This document shows positions 48,662 to 56,953 of a stretch of DNA of 56,953 nucleotides, piece after piece (the stretch's first letter is position 1; each line of letters opens with the position of its first letter). Source of the stretch: Verrucomicrobiota bacterium. GTDB lineage: Bacteria > Verrucomicrobiota > Verrucomicrobiia > Limisphaerales > Palsa-1400. The notes beneath the pieces were generated by a model. It was given only the letters and a program-made list of their open reading frames with translations. It was not told the origin of the DNA and did no database searches. Location: positions 1 through 56,953 of the forward strand of contig JBEKYR010000034.1 in NCBI GenBank assembly GCA_049510745.1, read 5' to 3'. The position numbers were made by a program, and so were the translations under genes.

Positions 48662-49642
48662 TCACGCCGCCAGGGCGTCGGCTTCGACGAACGGACGATC
48701 GCAATCCTCGATTTCAACCCGCATTTTCTCCAGAGCCTCGTCCTGGATTTGGCGGATGCGCTCGCGCGAGACCTGGAAGTGCGCCCCGACTTCTTCCAGC
48801 GTCTTGGGCGCATCGTCATTCAGCCCAAAGCGCATGGACAGAATCGCCGTCTCGCGTGCGCTCAGCGTGGAGAGCGCCTCCCGCACCAGGGCGGCGTCGT
48901 TTTCTTTGAGCATCCGCTCGAAGGGCGCCGCCGCGTTTGGGTCCGGCACCACTTCGGAAATCCGATTTGGCTCGTCGCCGCCCAAAGGGGCGTCGAGCGA
49001 AACGGGAGACTTGGAAGCCTCGCGGTACCGCCGGATGCGGCGCACATCGAGGCCCAAATGTTCGGCCAATTCCTGGTCGGTTGGCTCGCGGTTGAAGATT
49101 TCACGCAACTGCACTTCCGCGCGCCGCATTTTCGCCAGCCGTTCTCCAACGTGGGCCGGCAGGCGGATGGTCTTGGATTGGTTGGCCAGCGCGGCCATGA
49201 TCGATTGCTTGATCCACCAGGCGGCATAGGTGGAGAGTTTCGCCCCCTTCTTCGGGTCAAACCGTTCGACGCCTTTCATGAGGCCGATATTGCCTTCGTT
49301 GATCAGGTCGAGCAAGGGCAGCCCCAGGTTCTCGTAATCGCGCGCGATTTTCACCACCAACCGGAGATTGGCCGTTATCATCTGCTCCCGCGCGCGCTGA
49401 TCGCCTTTCTTGATCCTCCGGGCGAGTTTGATCTCCTCCTGCGGCGTGATCAATTTCACCCGCCCGATTTCGTTGAGGTACAATTGCAGCGTGTCGCCCC
49501 GCGCCGGTTCCAATGGAACCGGATCGGGCGGGTCCGTGTCCGGCGCCCGCGGCGAGACGCGCCAGCGCCGCGGCGCCCGGGCCGGGGCCGTTGCCGGGCG
49601 CGCCCTGCGCGTTCTGTTCGTCTCTGCCTTCGGCTTCATCAT
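48662..49642 (-). CDS. Sigma-70 family RpoD/RpoS-like sigma factor lacking region 1.1
   Basis: LQLYLNEIG, ANLRLVVKIA, DLINEGNIGLMK.VERFD, STYAAWWIKQ, TIRLP, TLEEVG..F.VSRERIRQIQ. Confidence 0.93.
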   Translation of the reverse strand: MMKPKAETNRTRRARPATAPARAPRRWRVSPRAPDTDPPDPVPLEPARGDTLQLYLNEIGRVKLITPQEEIKLARRIKKGDQRAREQMITANLRLVVKIARDYENLGLPLLDLINEGNIGLMKGVERFDPKKGAKLSTYAAWWIKQSIMAALANQSKTIRLPAHVGERLAKMRRAEVQLREIFNREPTDQELAEHLGLDVRRIRRYREASKSPVSLDAPLGGDEPNRISEVVPDPNAAAPFERMLKENDAALVREALSTLSARETAILSMRFGLNDDAPKTLEEVGAHFQVSRERIRQIQDEALEKMRVEIEDCDRPFVEADALAA

Positions 49643-49694
49643 GTGAACCTCTTATGTAGTTGACCGTTTAGTCGAATAGTTATTCAAAATTTTT

Positions 49695-50309
49695 TCAGGC
49701 CGCGGCGGCCCGGCTTCTCTTGACCCCGAGCATGGAAAAAATGCCGCCCGCCGTGTCGCGCAACCCCGAGAGATCGTTTTGAATGCGCGCCTGGGTGAGC
49801 AGGCCCTCGTAATAAGCCAGAATCATCCGCGCCTTGGCGGCGGGGTCGGGCGCTTGAATCCAGCCGCCCGCATGGGCGTCGCGGATGGCCGATTCGAGGT
49901 AGCGGCGTTTGTACTCCAGCATCTCCTGTATCTTCTTGCGCAAACAATTCTCCTGGGTGCAGATTTCCGAACCCAGGGCGAAGAGCGGACACCCCAGAAC
50001 ACGGCCATATTTGCGCTTGATTTCGAGCTGAAAACGATAGCTGAAATCGCAGTATTGTTGGAGGCGCTCCAGCGGCGGAACCGTCGGGGAAAAGATCGCA
50101 TCGAGTTCCGCCCGCTTGACCCTCCAATTGGCCTCGAAGGCGGCCGCCGCCAGGTCGGCCTTGGAGTCAAAGAAGTAATAAAAGCTGCCCTTCTTGACGC
50201 CGGCTTTTTCACAGATCTGGTCGATGGTGGTATTGCCGTAGGAACCAGTCCAGATCAGTTCCAGCACCGCGTCCATCAACCGCGTTTTGGCGTCGCTCAC
50301 TCGGCCCAT
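49695..50309 (-). CDS. TetR/AcrR family transcriptional regulator (NemR-like)
   Basis: HTH IDQICEKAGVKKGSFYYFFDSK; C-terminal GCP motif. Confidence 0.92.
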   Translation of the reverse strand: MGRVSDAKTRLMDAVLELIWTGSYGNTTIDQICEKAGVKKGSFYYFFDSKADLAAAAFEANWRVKRAELDAIFSPTVPPLERLQQYCDFSYRFQLEIKRKYGRVLGCPLFALGSEICTQENCLRKKIQEMLEYKRRYLESAIRDAHAGGWIQAPDPAAKARMILAYYEGLLTQARIQNDLSGLRDTAGGIFSMLGVKRSRAAAA

Positions 50310-50368
50310 AATCGTTTCCTGCGCATTGGCTCAATCACAGGGCCAATTTAACCTGGTTTACTAAATAG

Positions 50369-50551
50369 TCAACTACCTTTTGGAAGGGCCTCGGACGATT
50401 GCAGCCGGATGGCCACCTCCAGGCCCGCGGGCTGGCGGTTGCGGCAGGTGACGCTGCCGCCGCAGGCTTCCACGCACGTTTTCACAATCGCCAGGCCCAG
50501 CCCCACCCCGCCGGTGGCGCGGTCCCGCGAGGCATCGACGCGGTGGAAATA
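50369..50551 (-). pseudogene. C-terminal remnant of a sensor histidine kinase (HATPase_c)
   Basis: Unlisted frame reads YFHRVDASRDRATGGVGLGLAIVKTCVEACGGSVTCRNRQPAGLEVAIRL..., i.e. F and G2 boxes with no upstream N/H boxes or start. Confidence 0.85.
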
Positions 50552-50577
50552 AGACCGGCCAACGCATCAGACCGGCC

Positions 50578-50607
50578 AACGCCGGGGACTTTCGGGTCCC
50601 CGGCGTT
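50578..50607 (-). terminator. GC-rich hairpin after the porin gene (probable terminator)
   Basis: AACGCCGGGGAC-TTTCGG-GTCCCCGGCGTT 12-bp stem just downstream of the stop at 50613; weak U-tract. Confidence 0.55.
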
Positions 50608-50612
50608 CCCTT

Positions 50613-51980
50613 TCAAAAATCCCAGTGCAGGCGGCCGCCCAGGACGGAGACGGGACCGCGGGCGCTGTTGAAGGCGGGATTGATGATGAATTGATAGTCG
50701 GCTGTCACGTGGAGAGATTTCCAGACGGCAAAGTTGTAGTAGGTTTCCAGGCTTTTCTCCAAACCATAGTTCAGCACACCATCCCCAGCCAGGATGCCCA
50801 GCCCGCCGTCGGCGAGGAATTGCTGCTGCGCGCGCGAAATCCCGTTGACGATCCCGGCCAGTCCCACCGTGTCGTTGGGCCGATGCCAAAAATCCCCTTT
50901 GATGCTCAGCCCGGCCGAGCCGGACTTTTGCACGTCCGCGTAGGCCCAGTCTTCGGCTTGGCCGGCGTTCCAGCCCAGCCGCCCAAAAGCGCCCACGCCC
51001 TTTGTCAATTCATACTCCGTGTTCAGACAGAAGCCGTAATTCAGGCGGTACTGGCGGGTGTCAACTATATCAGCCGGGCGTGCGGGGTTGTCCACCGCCT
51101 CCGCGTAACTCCCCATGTCGGCGCGGTTGAGGAAGGCCAGCCAACGGACCGCGCCCGGATGTTCGTGGACGGTGAACCGGCGTTCCAATTCTGTGACCAT
51201 GCCCCAGGCGCGCAAAAACGCCGGGTCTTCCGCCATCCCGTTTTGCACCCGCGGCATCTGAAAGAATCCGTAGCGGAGCGTCCAATTGGACTGGTTCAAC
51301 TCGGCCGCGAATCCGGTTATATAACCCATGGCGTTGGCCGGATAATCCCACGCTTCATTGCCCACCAAGGCCCAGTTGAGAAACTGCGTTGTCGGGTCCC
51401 CGGCGTAGGAGTTTTGATCAAAAATGTCCAGGACACTGATCTGTCCCACCGTCAGGGTGAGGCGCGAAATGTCCTGCTGCCCGCCCAAGTGGAGCGCATC
51501 ATCGGCCACCGGCTCCTGGCCGCCGCCCAGTCCGATGGTTTGCCGGAGGAAGACGCGGGCGGGGGTGATGTTGCCCGCACGGTTGCCGAGCTTGTAGGAC
51601 TCGGCGTTGGGAAAGGCTTCGATGCCCAGGGTGTGGTTGAAGCCGAACCCCTGCCAGACCAACCCGTCCAGGTGAAATTCCGCCCCCTTCCACAAGCGCG
51701 CGCCGAGAAACAAATCGAAATCAACCGTTTCCGCCGTGGCGGAGTGGTTGTCCAAACTTTGCGGACCGGAATACTGCGCCGGGAAACCGGGATGCCACTG
51801 GCCGACATACGTTGCCTCCGTGTGGAGATTCCAAAGCTGTTCCTTCGCTGCGGCCGAAGTTGGCGGTATCGGCGGGGCGTTGTTTGTCTGGGAGGCGTCC
51901 TGGCTCAAGCACGGCCCGCCCAAAAAGCGAACCGCGATAACCAAGGCGGACCATCGCAGACAGAACGAGTAATTTCTCAT
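50613..51980 (-). CDS. OprB-family porin (MnoP-like)
   Basis: Signal peptide, F.A.YSGP.SL, AFPN.E.YK, AWDYPA...GY, ETYY, DYQFI.NPAFN..RGPV, C-terminal Phe. Confidence 0.85.
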   Translation of the reverse strand: MRNYSFCLRWSALVIAVRFLGGPCLSQDASQTNNAPPIPPTSAAAKEQLWNLHTEATYVGQWHPGFPAQYSGPQSLDNHSATAETVDFDLFLGARLWKGAEFHLDGLVWQGFGFNHTLGIEAFPNAESYKLGNRAGNITPARVFLRQTIGLGGGQEPVADDALHLGGQQDISRLTLTVGQISVLDIFDQNSYAGDPTTQFLNWALVGNEAWDYPANAMGYITGFAAELNQSNWTLRYGFFQMPRVQNGMAEDPAFLRAWGMVTELERRFTVHEHPGAVRWLAFLNRADMGSYAEAVDNPARPADIVDTRQYRLNYGFCLNTEYELTKGVGAFGRLGWNAGQAEDWAYADVQKSGSAGLSIKGDFWHRPNDTVGLAGIVNGISRAQQQFLADGGLGILAGDGVLNYGLEKSLETYYNFAVWKSLHVTADYQFIINPAFNSARGPVSVLGGRLHWDF

Positions 51981-52189
51981 GTTAGTGAAATGCTTGGTGG
52001 TTCAAATGCGTTTGTCCAGATTTCTGTTGTCGCGCCATAAGATGCCAGCACAGCCGGCATATGCAGACTAACTCAAGGGGCGAGGATGATGTTACTTAAG
52101 ACTGCCTGAAGATTTCTTCAGAATTCCCGCCCAGCCCCGACAAAGGAGAAATCGTGCTTTTGGGATTGCCATATTCGGTTGCGGGGACG

Positions 52190-52891
52190 ATGTTGCCGCT
52201 CGTGAAGAGACGTCTGGAACGCATTGCGGTTGGCGTCCTGATTGGACTTCTGATTCTCACCGGCGTGATTTGGCTGCTCAGCAAAACTTTGGGTAACTTC
52301 CACGAAACGTTATACGCGGGCCAGCCATTGAGTTACTGGCAACAACAATTGGATGGCCGCGACGCGGGCGCCAGCAATAAAGCGTATGCCGTCGTGAACG
52401 CCCAAATTGTTCCGCAACTCATCGACACCGTGTTTCACGACACCCACGATTCCAAAATCAGACTGGGCGCGATTGGCGTCTTGAACTGCCTCCCCGGAAT
52501 TCAAATCAACTATATGGAGGCCTTCGGACGCCGGTCCTGCGCGGTGGGGGACCTCCGCGAGCTTGGCCCCGCCGCCAGAGCGGCTGTGCCCTCCCTCATT
52601 CAGGTGCTCAAGGGGTCGGACGCCGGATTGCATGAAGCTGCAATTCAGGCTTTGGGGAGTATTCATAGCGACCCTGACGTGGTCATTCCACTGCTGATCC
52701 CATACCTCACCAATGACGACCTGGATGACGAAGCCGCATCCGCTCTCGGTAACTATGGCACGCTGGCCAAAGTCGCCGTCCCCCAAATCATTCCTTTGTT
52801 AAACGCCAAGGACCACGATGCCCGTGCGGCCGCCCAGGTCGCCCTGAAGAAAATCGACTCCGAAGCCGCCGCAAAAGCAGGAGTGAAATAA
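52190..52891 (+). CDS. Membrane-anchored HEAT-repeat protein
   Basis: N-terminal TM, Y.G.PLSYW, repeats LG.....A..AVP.LI..L. Confidence 0.8.
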   Translation: MLPLVKRRLERIAVGVLIGLLILTGVIWLLSKTLGNFHETLYAGQPLSYWQQQLDGRDAGASNKAYAVVNAQIVPQLIDTVFHDTHDSKIRLGAIGVLNCLPGIQINYMEAFGRRSCAVGDLRELGPAARAAVPSLIQVLKGSDAGLHEAAIQALGSIHSDPDVVIPLLIPYLTNDDLDDEAASALGNYGTLAKVAVPQIIPLLNAKDHDARAAAQVALKKIDSEAAAKAGVK

Positions 52892-52969
52892 CGGTTCTTC
52901 GATGTTCTCGCTGGGAACGTCAACACGATCAAACCTTGACTTTTCACTTTCTCCGCTTCTTGGCGTCAA

Positions 52970-54154
52970 TTAGAACTTGTAGGTCACGCTGGCCGCGGTT
53001 GACACTTCGTTCTTCTTGTCGGGTGCGCCAACGATGGTGCCCCCAAACGGGGTCGTGCCGTCAGCCGCATGGTCCCAACGCACTTCAAGACGAGTGACGA
53101 CATTGGTCCACAGGTCGTATTGCACGGTGCCAGTAAGGGCGATGACTTTGTCGAACGCCGTGGTGGTCGTCATCGCGCCCAAGGCAAGTCCTTCGGCATA
53201 TTCGGCACGGCCATTGAACGCGAGTTTATCGGTCACATTAAAAGACGCATAGCCGGAGTAGGACGTAAAATATCCCGTTTCCACCGCGCCGATGTCCACC
53301 TGCTTGATGAAATCCAAGCAAGCACCAAAAGTAAGGTCCTTAGCCGGCGTGTTGATGGTGGTGCCGACATACCATTCATATTGGTCTTCGTTCGTGAGGC
53401 CTGGGCCTAGGCCGTACCCAAAGTAAAGGACTGAACCTTTGAGGAAGCCCCATCTCGCGGGAGCCGTCAAAGTGAGCAAACTGAGGAATGCCCTTTTGCT
53501 CCCGGCGCCATTGGGAGTGTTAATGCCAGCATCCTCAGTTGTCAGGGCATCCGCAAAACCCACCTGGAGGTTGATGGCGTCGCTAAAATTGTAGCTGCCG
53601 AGCAAACCGGTGTGCTCTGAAGGTTCGACCGTGTAGCCGTAGGACCAGGTGACGTTCCGGTTGCTGCAACTGTCATTGGATTCATATCCAAACAGAGTGT
53701 CCCAACGGCCCAATTGCCAGTCAATGCCATTGCCTACCGGCATGTGCAACGCGACAAAAGCTTGACGAATCGGGTAAGCGCCATGATCTATGCCCACGGC
53801 ATCCGGACCCCAATTGAATTCGGCGGTGTAACCGGCGGACCATCCACTTTCGTCCTGGGGTTTACAGATTTTGATATCGATGGAATCGACGTTGAAGCCG
53901 TCTTGTTTTCCTGGGTTGAAGCCATAGGGCGCGGGGTTCGCATTTCCAGTGCCGGGGTTCCACACGGCTGACGTGTCCACATAACCACTGATCGAGGTTG
54001 CGGACAACGCTGTTACCATGGGAATTGGCGCCTGTGTCGAAGTCTGAGCCGGAAGCGGCGTTGAAAGCGTGGCCATCTCCAAGGCTGCCAACCAGGGTGC
54101 CCATCTTTTCAGATTCAGGCTCCGCATGCGATTTTTCGGCTTAGCGGCTTTCAT
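52970..54154 (-). CDS. Outer-membrane beta-barrel porin (BBP2/DUF3138-like)
   Basis: ISGYVDTS, QAFV, G.WDT..GYE, EP..HTGL, RAEY, RLEVRWDH, C-terminal YKF. Confidence 0.8.
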   Translation of the reverse strand: MKAAKPKNRMRSLNLKRWAPWLAALEMATLSTPLPAQTSTQAPIPMVTALSATSISGYVDTSAVWNPGTGNANPAPYGFNPGKQDGFNVDSIDIKICKPQDESGWSAGYTAEFNWGPDAVGIDHGAYPIRQAFVALHMPVGNGIDWQLGRWDTLFGYESNDSCSNRNVTWSYGYTVEPSEHTGLLGSYNFSDAINLQVGFADALTTEDAGINTPNGAGSKRAFLSLLTLTAPARWGFLKGSVLYFGYGLGPGLTNEDQYEWYVGTTINTPAKDLTFGACLDFIKQVDIGAVETGYFTSYSGYASFNVTDKLAFNGRAEYAEGLALGAMTTTTAFDKVIALTGTVQYDLWTNVVTRLEVRWDHAADGTTPFGGTIVGAPDKKNEVSTAASVTYKF

Positions 54155-54197
54155 GCTTAAAGGGTGAGAATCAGGCCCATTGCGAAAGCACCTTTTC

Positions 54198-55148
54198 CTA
54201 ATGATCAACCTCGCATTGATGAATTTCGACTGTCACGTGGACCAGCTCTTCATGTTCTTTCAACGGAGCCTTGTAGGCTTCGGGTGATTTCGGTTGGCGG
54301 GCGACCAGGGAAACGATGGCGGCGAACTTATTTGAGCCAACCTGCCAGATGTGCAAATCGGTGATGACGGAGTCCCCATCCGATTCAATGGCCTTGCGTA
54401 TTTCCTGGCTCAGATCGGAGTCCTCAGGCTCCTTGTCCAAAAGGATGATCTGCGTTTGCCGGATCAAGCCGCAGGCCCATTGGCTGATGACGGCGCAACC
54501 GACAATCCCCATCACTGGGTCAAGCCAGGCTGCTCCCCATAATTTGCCCGCCGTCAAGGCGATGATTGCCAGCACCGAAGTTGCCGCGTCCGCCAAGACG
54601 TGGATGTAGGCCGACTTCAAATTGATGTCGTGTTCGTAAGAATGGGAATGCGGCCCCGCATGGGAGCCGTGCTCATGTCCGTGACCGTGGTGATGGCTGT
54701 CTTTGAGCAGGAACGCGCTGACCAGATTCACGACTAGCCCGACCGCCGCTATGCCAATCGCCTCGTTGTAATGAATGACAAGGGGCTGAAAGAGGCGCCT
54801 CACTGATTCCACCAGCATGAAAAGAGCAATCCCGGCAAGAATGATGGCGCTGGTGTATGCTCCCAAAACGCCAATCTTGCCCGCGCCGAAACTGTAGAGA
54901 CGATTGCCCGCATTTTTGCGCGTCACCACATAAGCCCAAGCCGTGATGAGGAAAGCAGCAACATGAGTGCTCATGTGGCAGCCGTCCGCGAAAAGCGCCA
55001 TCGAATGCAGCTTCAGGCCCGCGACGATTTCAACCGCCATCATGACCGAGGTGAGCAGAATCACCCGGCGCGTATTTGTCTCCGCAGTTCCCAGATCGCC
55101 GACGAAATTGTGACTATGTTGCCAATGCGATTGGTTTAGAGTGTGCAT
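54198..55148 (-). CDS. CDF family Co/Ni/Zn efflux transporter (DmeF-like)
   Basis: SMALFADGCHM, His-rich loop, NLKSAYIHVLADA.TS, DLHIW, HVTVE. Confidence 0.9.
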   Translation of the reverse strand: MHTLNQSHWQHSHNFVGDLGTAETNTRRVILLTSVMMAVEIVAGLKLHSMALFADGCHMSTHVAAFLITAWAYVVTRKNAGNRLYSFGAGKIGVLGAYTSAIILAGIALFMLVESVRRLFQPLVIHYNEAIGIAAVGLVVNLVSAFLLKDSHHHGHGHEHGSHAGPHSHSYEHDINLKSAYIHVLADAATSVLAIIALTAGKLWGAAWLDPVMGIVGCAVISQWACGLIRQTQIILLDKEPEDSDLSQEIRKAIESDGDSVITDLHIWQVGSNKFAAIVSLVARQPKSPEAYKAPLKEHEELVHVTVEIHQCEVDH

Positions 55149-55172
55149 AATTATAATCAACTATGTTCATAC

Positions 55173-55373
55173 TTATCGCTTGGTTTCGACAGTTGCCTGG
55201 TTGGTTGTGACGGTCGCCTTTGCCGGGGGGCTTGAGGCCGCATTGTCCGCCTTGCGTGAATTGGCAAAGACGCGCACGAATTTGATGCCGATCAGTAGCA
55301 GCAGGATCAATAGGTAAACCCGCAAGGCCCACAAGGCAAACCGGACCGTCTTTGTTGTTTTGATGCGTGGCAT
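55173..55373 (-). CDS. Small single-pass membrane protein
   Basis: 66 aa with one TM (FALWALRVYLLILLLLIGIKFV), tightly packed in the operon. Confidence 0.65.
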   Translation of the reverse strand: MPRIKTTKTVRFALWALRVYLLILLLLIGIKFVRVFANSRKADNAASSPPAKATVTTNQATVETKR

Positions 55374-55376
55374 AGA

Positions 55377-56666
55377 TCAATTTCCTTGCGACTCAAACTT
55401 GGTGCCTTTCAGGATGTCCCGATTGCGCACGATGCCCAACAGCCGGTCTTGGGCATCCACAACCGGCAGCATGTGGAACTGGTATTTGGCGAACAGCGCC
55501 ACCAAGTCTTCCCGCAGGCAATCGTGGTCCGCCGTGACGACGGGCGAAATCATCAGCTCACCCAGGCTGGCGTTCTCCGGCGCGACCACCAGATCACGCA
55601 AGTCCACCACGCCTTGCAGGGTTTTTCCCTCGCCCGCCACGATGTAGAGATAGGAAATGTTCCGGTTATCGCCGGCGAAATTGCGGAGCGAATGCAAAAC
55701 CTCAACCGCCTTCGCTTCCGGTGTGAACGCGAAGAATTTCTCGCTCATCAATGTCGCCGCCGGCACGTCGGTGTTGGACATGATGGCGTTGACGCGCGTG
55801 GCCCGGGCCGGCGGCAACAGTTTCATCAGTTCGGTGGCTTTGGCGTGAGGCAAACTGGAGAAGAAATCGGCGATTTGCATCACGGACATGATGGCCAGCA
55901 CCTGGCGCGCTTTTTCCTCCGACAAAAAGGCGATGAGCTGCCGTTTGGCGCGGGGTTCGGCGTCGCCCAGCACTTCGGCGGCCTTGTCCGGGTCGAGCGC
56001 GGAAAACATCGCCTGTTGCTCGTCGCCGGAAAGAACTTCCAGCGCGTCGGCCAGGTCTTCGCTGGGCAGTTCCAGCGCCTGCTCGCGGGCGACCGAGAGC
56101 GTCACGATGTCCTTGGTGTGGTCTTCCACCGAGAGCGGCTGGACGTAGCGCCAGGAAATCAACTGGTCCTTGCCCGTCGCGAAGCGTTCCAAACCCCATT
56201 TGCGGAGAAAGCCGTTGAAGGAGATGTCCACGTGAACCAGAATCATCCGGCCTTTGGAGAAAAGCAGGTGAACGTCGTTGACCACTTCGGTGCGCCGGCC
56301 GTCGATATCCAGAATCGTCTGGCCCATCAGATGTTCGTTGAGCAGAATCCAGCCTTTCTGGTCGATGAACGGCGGATACGGATTGCCGGTTTCGGACGGC
56401 GTGATGAAAATGGCGTCGTCTTCAATCCGCGCGACCTTTTCCCACGGAACCAATTCTGTGGGATGTCCTTTGCCGTGTTCGATATAAATCCCGACCGCTT
56501 CGGGATACGGTTCGGAAAGCCTGAAAACCAGGTCGGTGAGCCGGCCATTTTTCCGGTTGGTTTTGTCGAGGCGAATCCGGCGATTGAGCAGCCTGGAGAA
56601 ATACAGGAATTGAAACGCTTCAAATCCGGCCGGCTTGGCGGTGATGTTTTTTTGGGGGTTGTTCAT
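55377..56666 (-). CDS. Soluble MgtE-N/CBS-pair protein with N-terminal PRC-barrel-like domains
   Basis: DIDGRR...VND, EDLAD.LE.L (MgtE_N), YLYIV..LQGVV.LRDL and LPVVD..RLLGIV CBS pair; no TM domain. Confidence 0.85.
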   Translation of the reverse strand: MNNPQKNITAKPAGFEAFQFLYFSRLLNRRIRLDKTNRKNGRLTDLVFRLSEPYPEAVGIYIEHGKGHPTELVPWEKVARIEDDAIFITPSETGNPYPPFIDQKGWILLNEHLMGQTILDIDGRRTEVVNDVHLLFSKGRMILVHVDISFNGFLRKWGLERFATGKDQLISWRYVQPLSVEDHTKDIVTLSVAREQALELPSEDLADALEVLSGDEQQAMFSALDPDKAAEVLGDAEPRAKRQLIAFLSEEKARQVLAIMSVMQIADFFSSLPHAKATELMKLLPPARATRVNAIMSNTDVPAATLMSEKFFAFTPEAKAVEVLHSLRNFAGDNRNISYLYIVAGEGKTLQGVVDLRDLVVAPENASLGELMISPVVTADHDCLREDLVALFAKYQFHMLPVVDAQDRLLGIVRNRDILKGTKFESQGN

Positions 56667-56677
56667 GGCAGGTTCTC

Positions 56678-56953
56678 CTAAGTGCCCGACCCGAACCATT
56701 CGGGGAACAGCACGGAAATGCCGTAGGCGGTCGAGATGACGATGACGAAGGCGGCGATGCTCCAGTTGGCGATGTTCTGCCAGCGGGTATTGACGTAATC
56801 GCCCATGAGCGGTTTGTCGTTGAGCAGCAAAATCAAAAACATCAGCGCCGCCGGCAGCAGCGTCACCGCCACGACCTGCACAAAGATGGTGATGATGTTC
56901 TGCATGTCGATGCTGGCGACGAGCGAGACGACGCCGGCCGACATCAGCATCAG
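56678..56953 (-). CDS. NRAMP-family divalent metal transporter, C-terminal part (5'-partial)
   Basis: QVV...LLP..L.FL.LL.ND..LMG.Y.N C-terminal NRAMP signature. Confidence 0.8.
   Translation of the reverse strand: MMLMSAGVVSLVASIDMQNIITIFVQVVAVTLLPAALMFLILLLNDKPLMGDYVNTRWQNIANWSIAAFVIVISTAYGISVLFPEWFGSGT

Overview
GC-rich bacterial chromosomal window whose gene content points to Verrucomicrobiota (Pedosphaera/Limisphaerales-like). This is an inference from the PEP-CTERM gene, the Asn/Thr-rich Ig/Calx-beta/DUF11 surface proteins and the TMTC-like TPR membrane proteins. The window holds about 43 CDSs, one tRNA-Glu(CUC) and one histidine kinase remnant. No CRISPR array, integrase, transposase or rRNA was seen. 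Main blocks: (i) two giant modular surface proteins, one a sedolisin/S53 protease, followed by coaE; (ii) housekeeping genes hisF, radC, hflX, miaA, lgt, a DciA-like gene and yciH, with a PIN toxin-antitoxin pair between miaA and hflX; (iii) GH39 and GH42 glycosidases; (iv) a PEP-CTERM locus behind a duplicated AT-rich promoter; (v) two TMTC-like GT-C/TPR proteins flanking a cyclophilin-Ig surface protein; (vi) PhoB-like, sigma70 and TetR regulators; (vii) a divalent-metal transport and porin cluster. Best leads: a family of short-period (6-10 nt) tandem-repeat and hairpin elements that also sit in frame inside coding regions; a candidate bacterial TMTC-type glycosylation and sorting system for surface proteins that share a C-terminal S-x-D-L-x-x-W...F-Y-R module; and a GH42 enzyme whose catalytic acid/base Glu is replaced by Asn.
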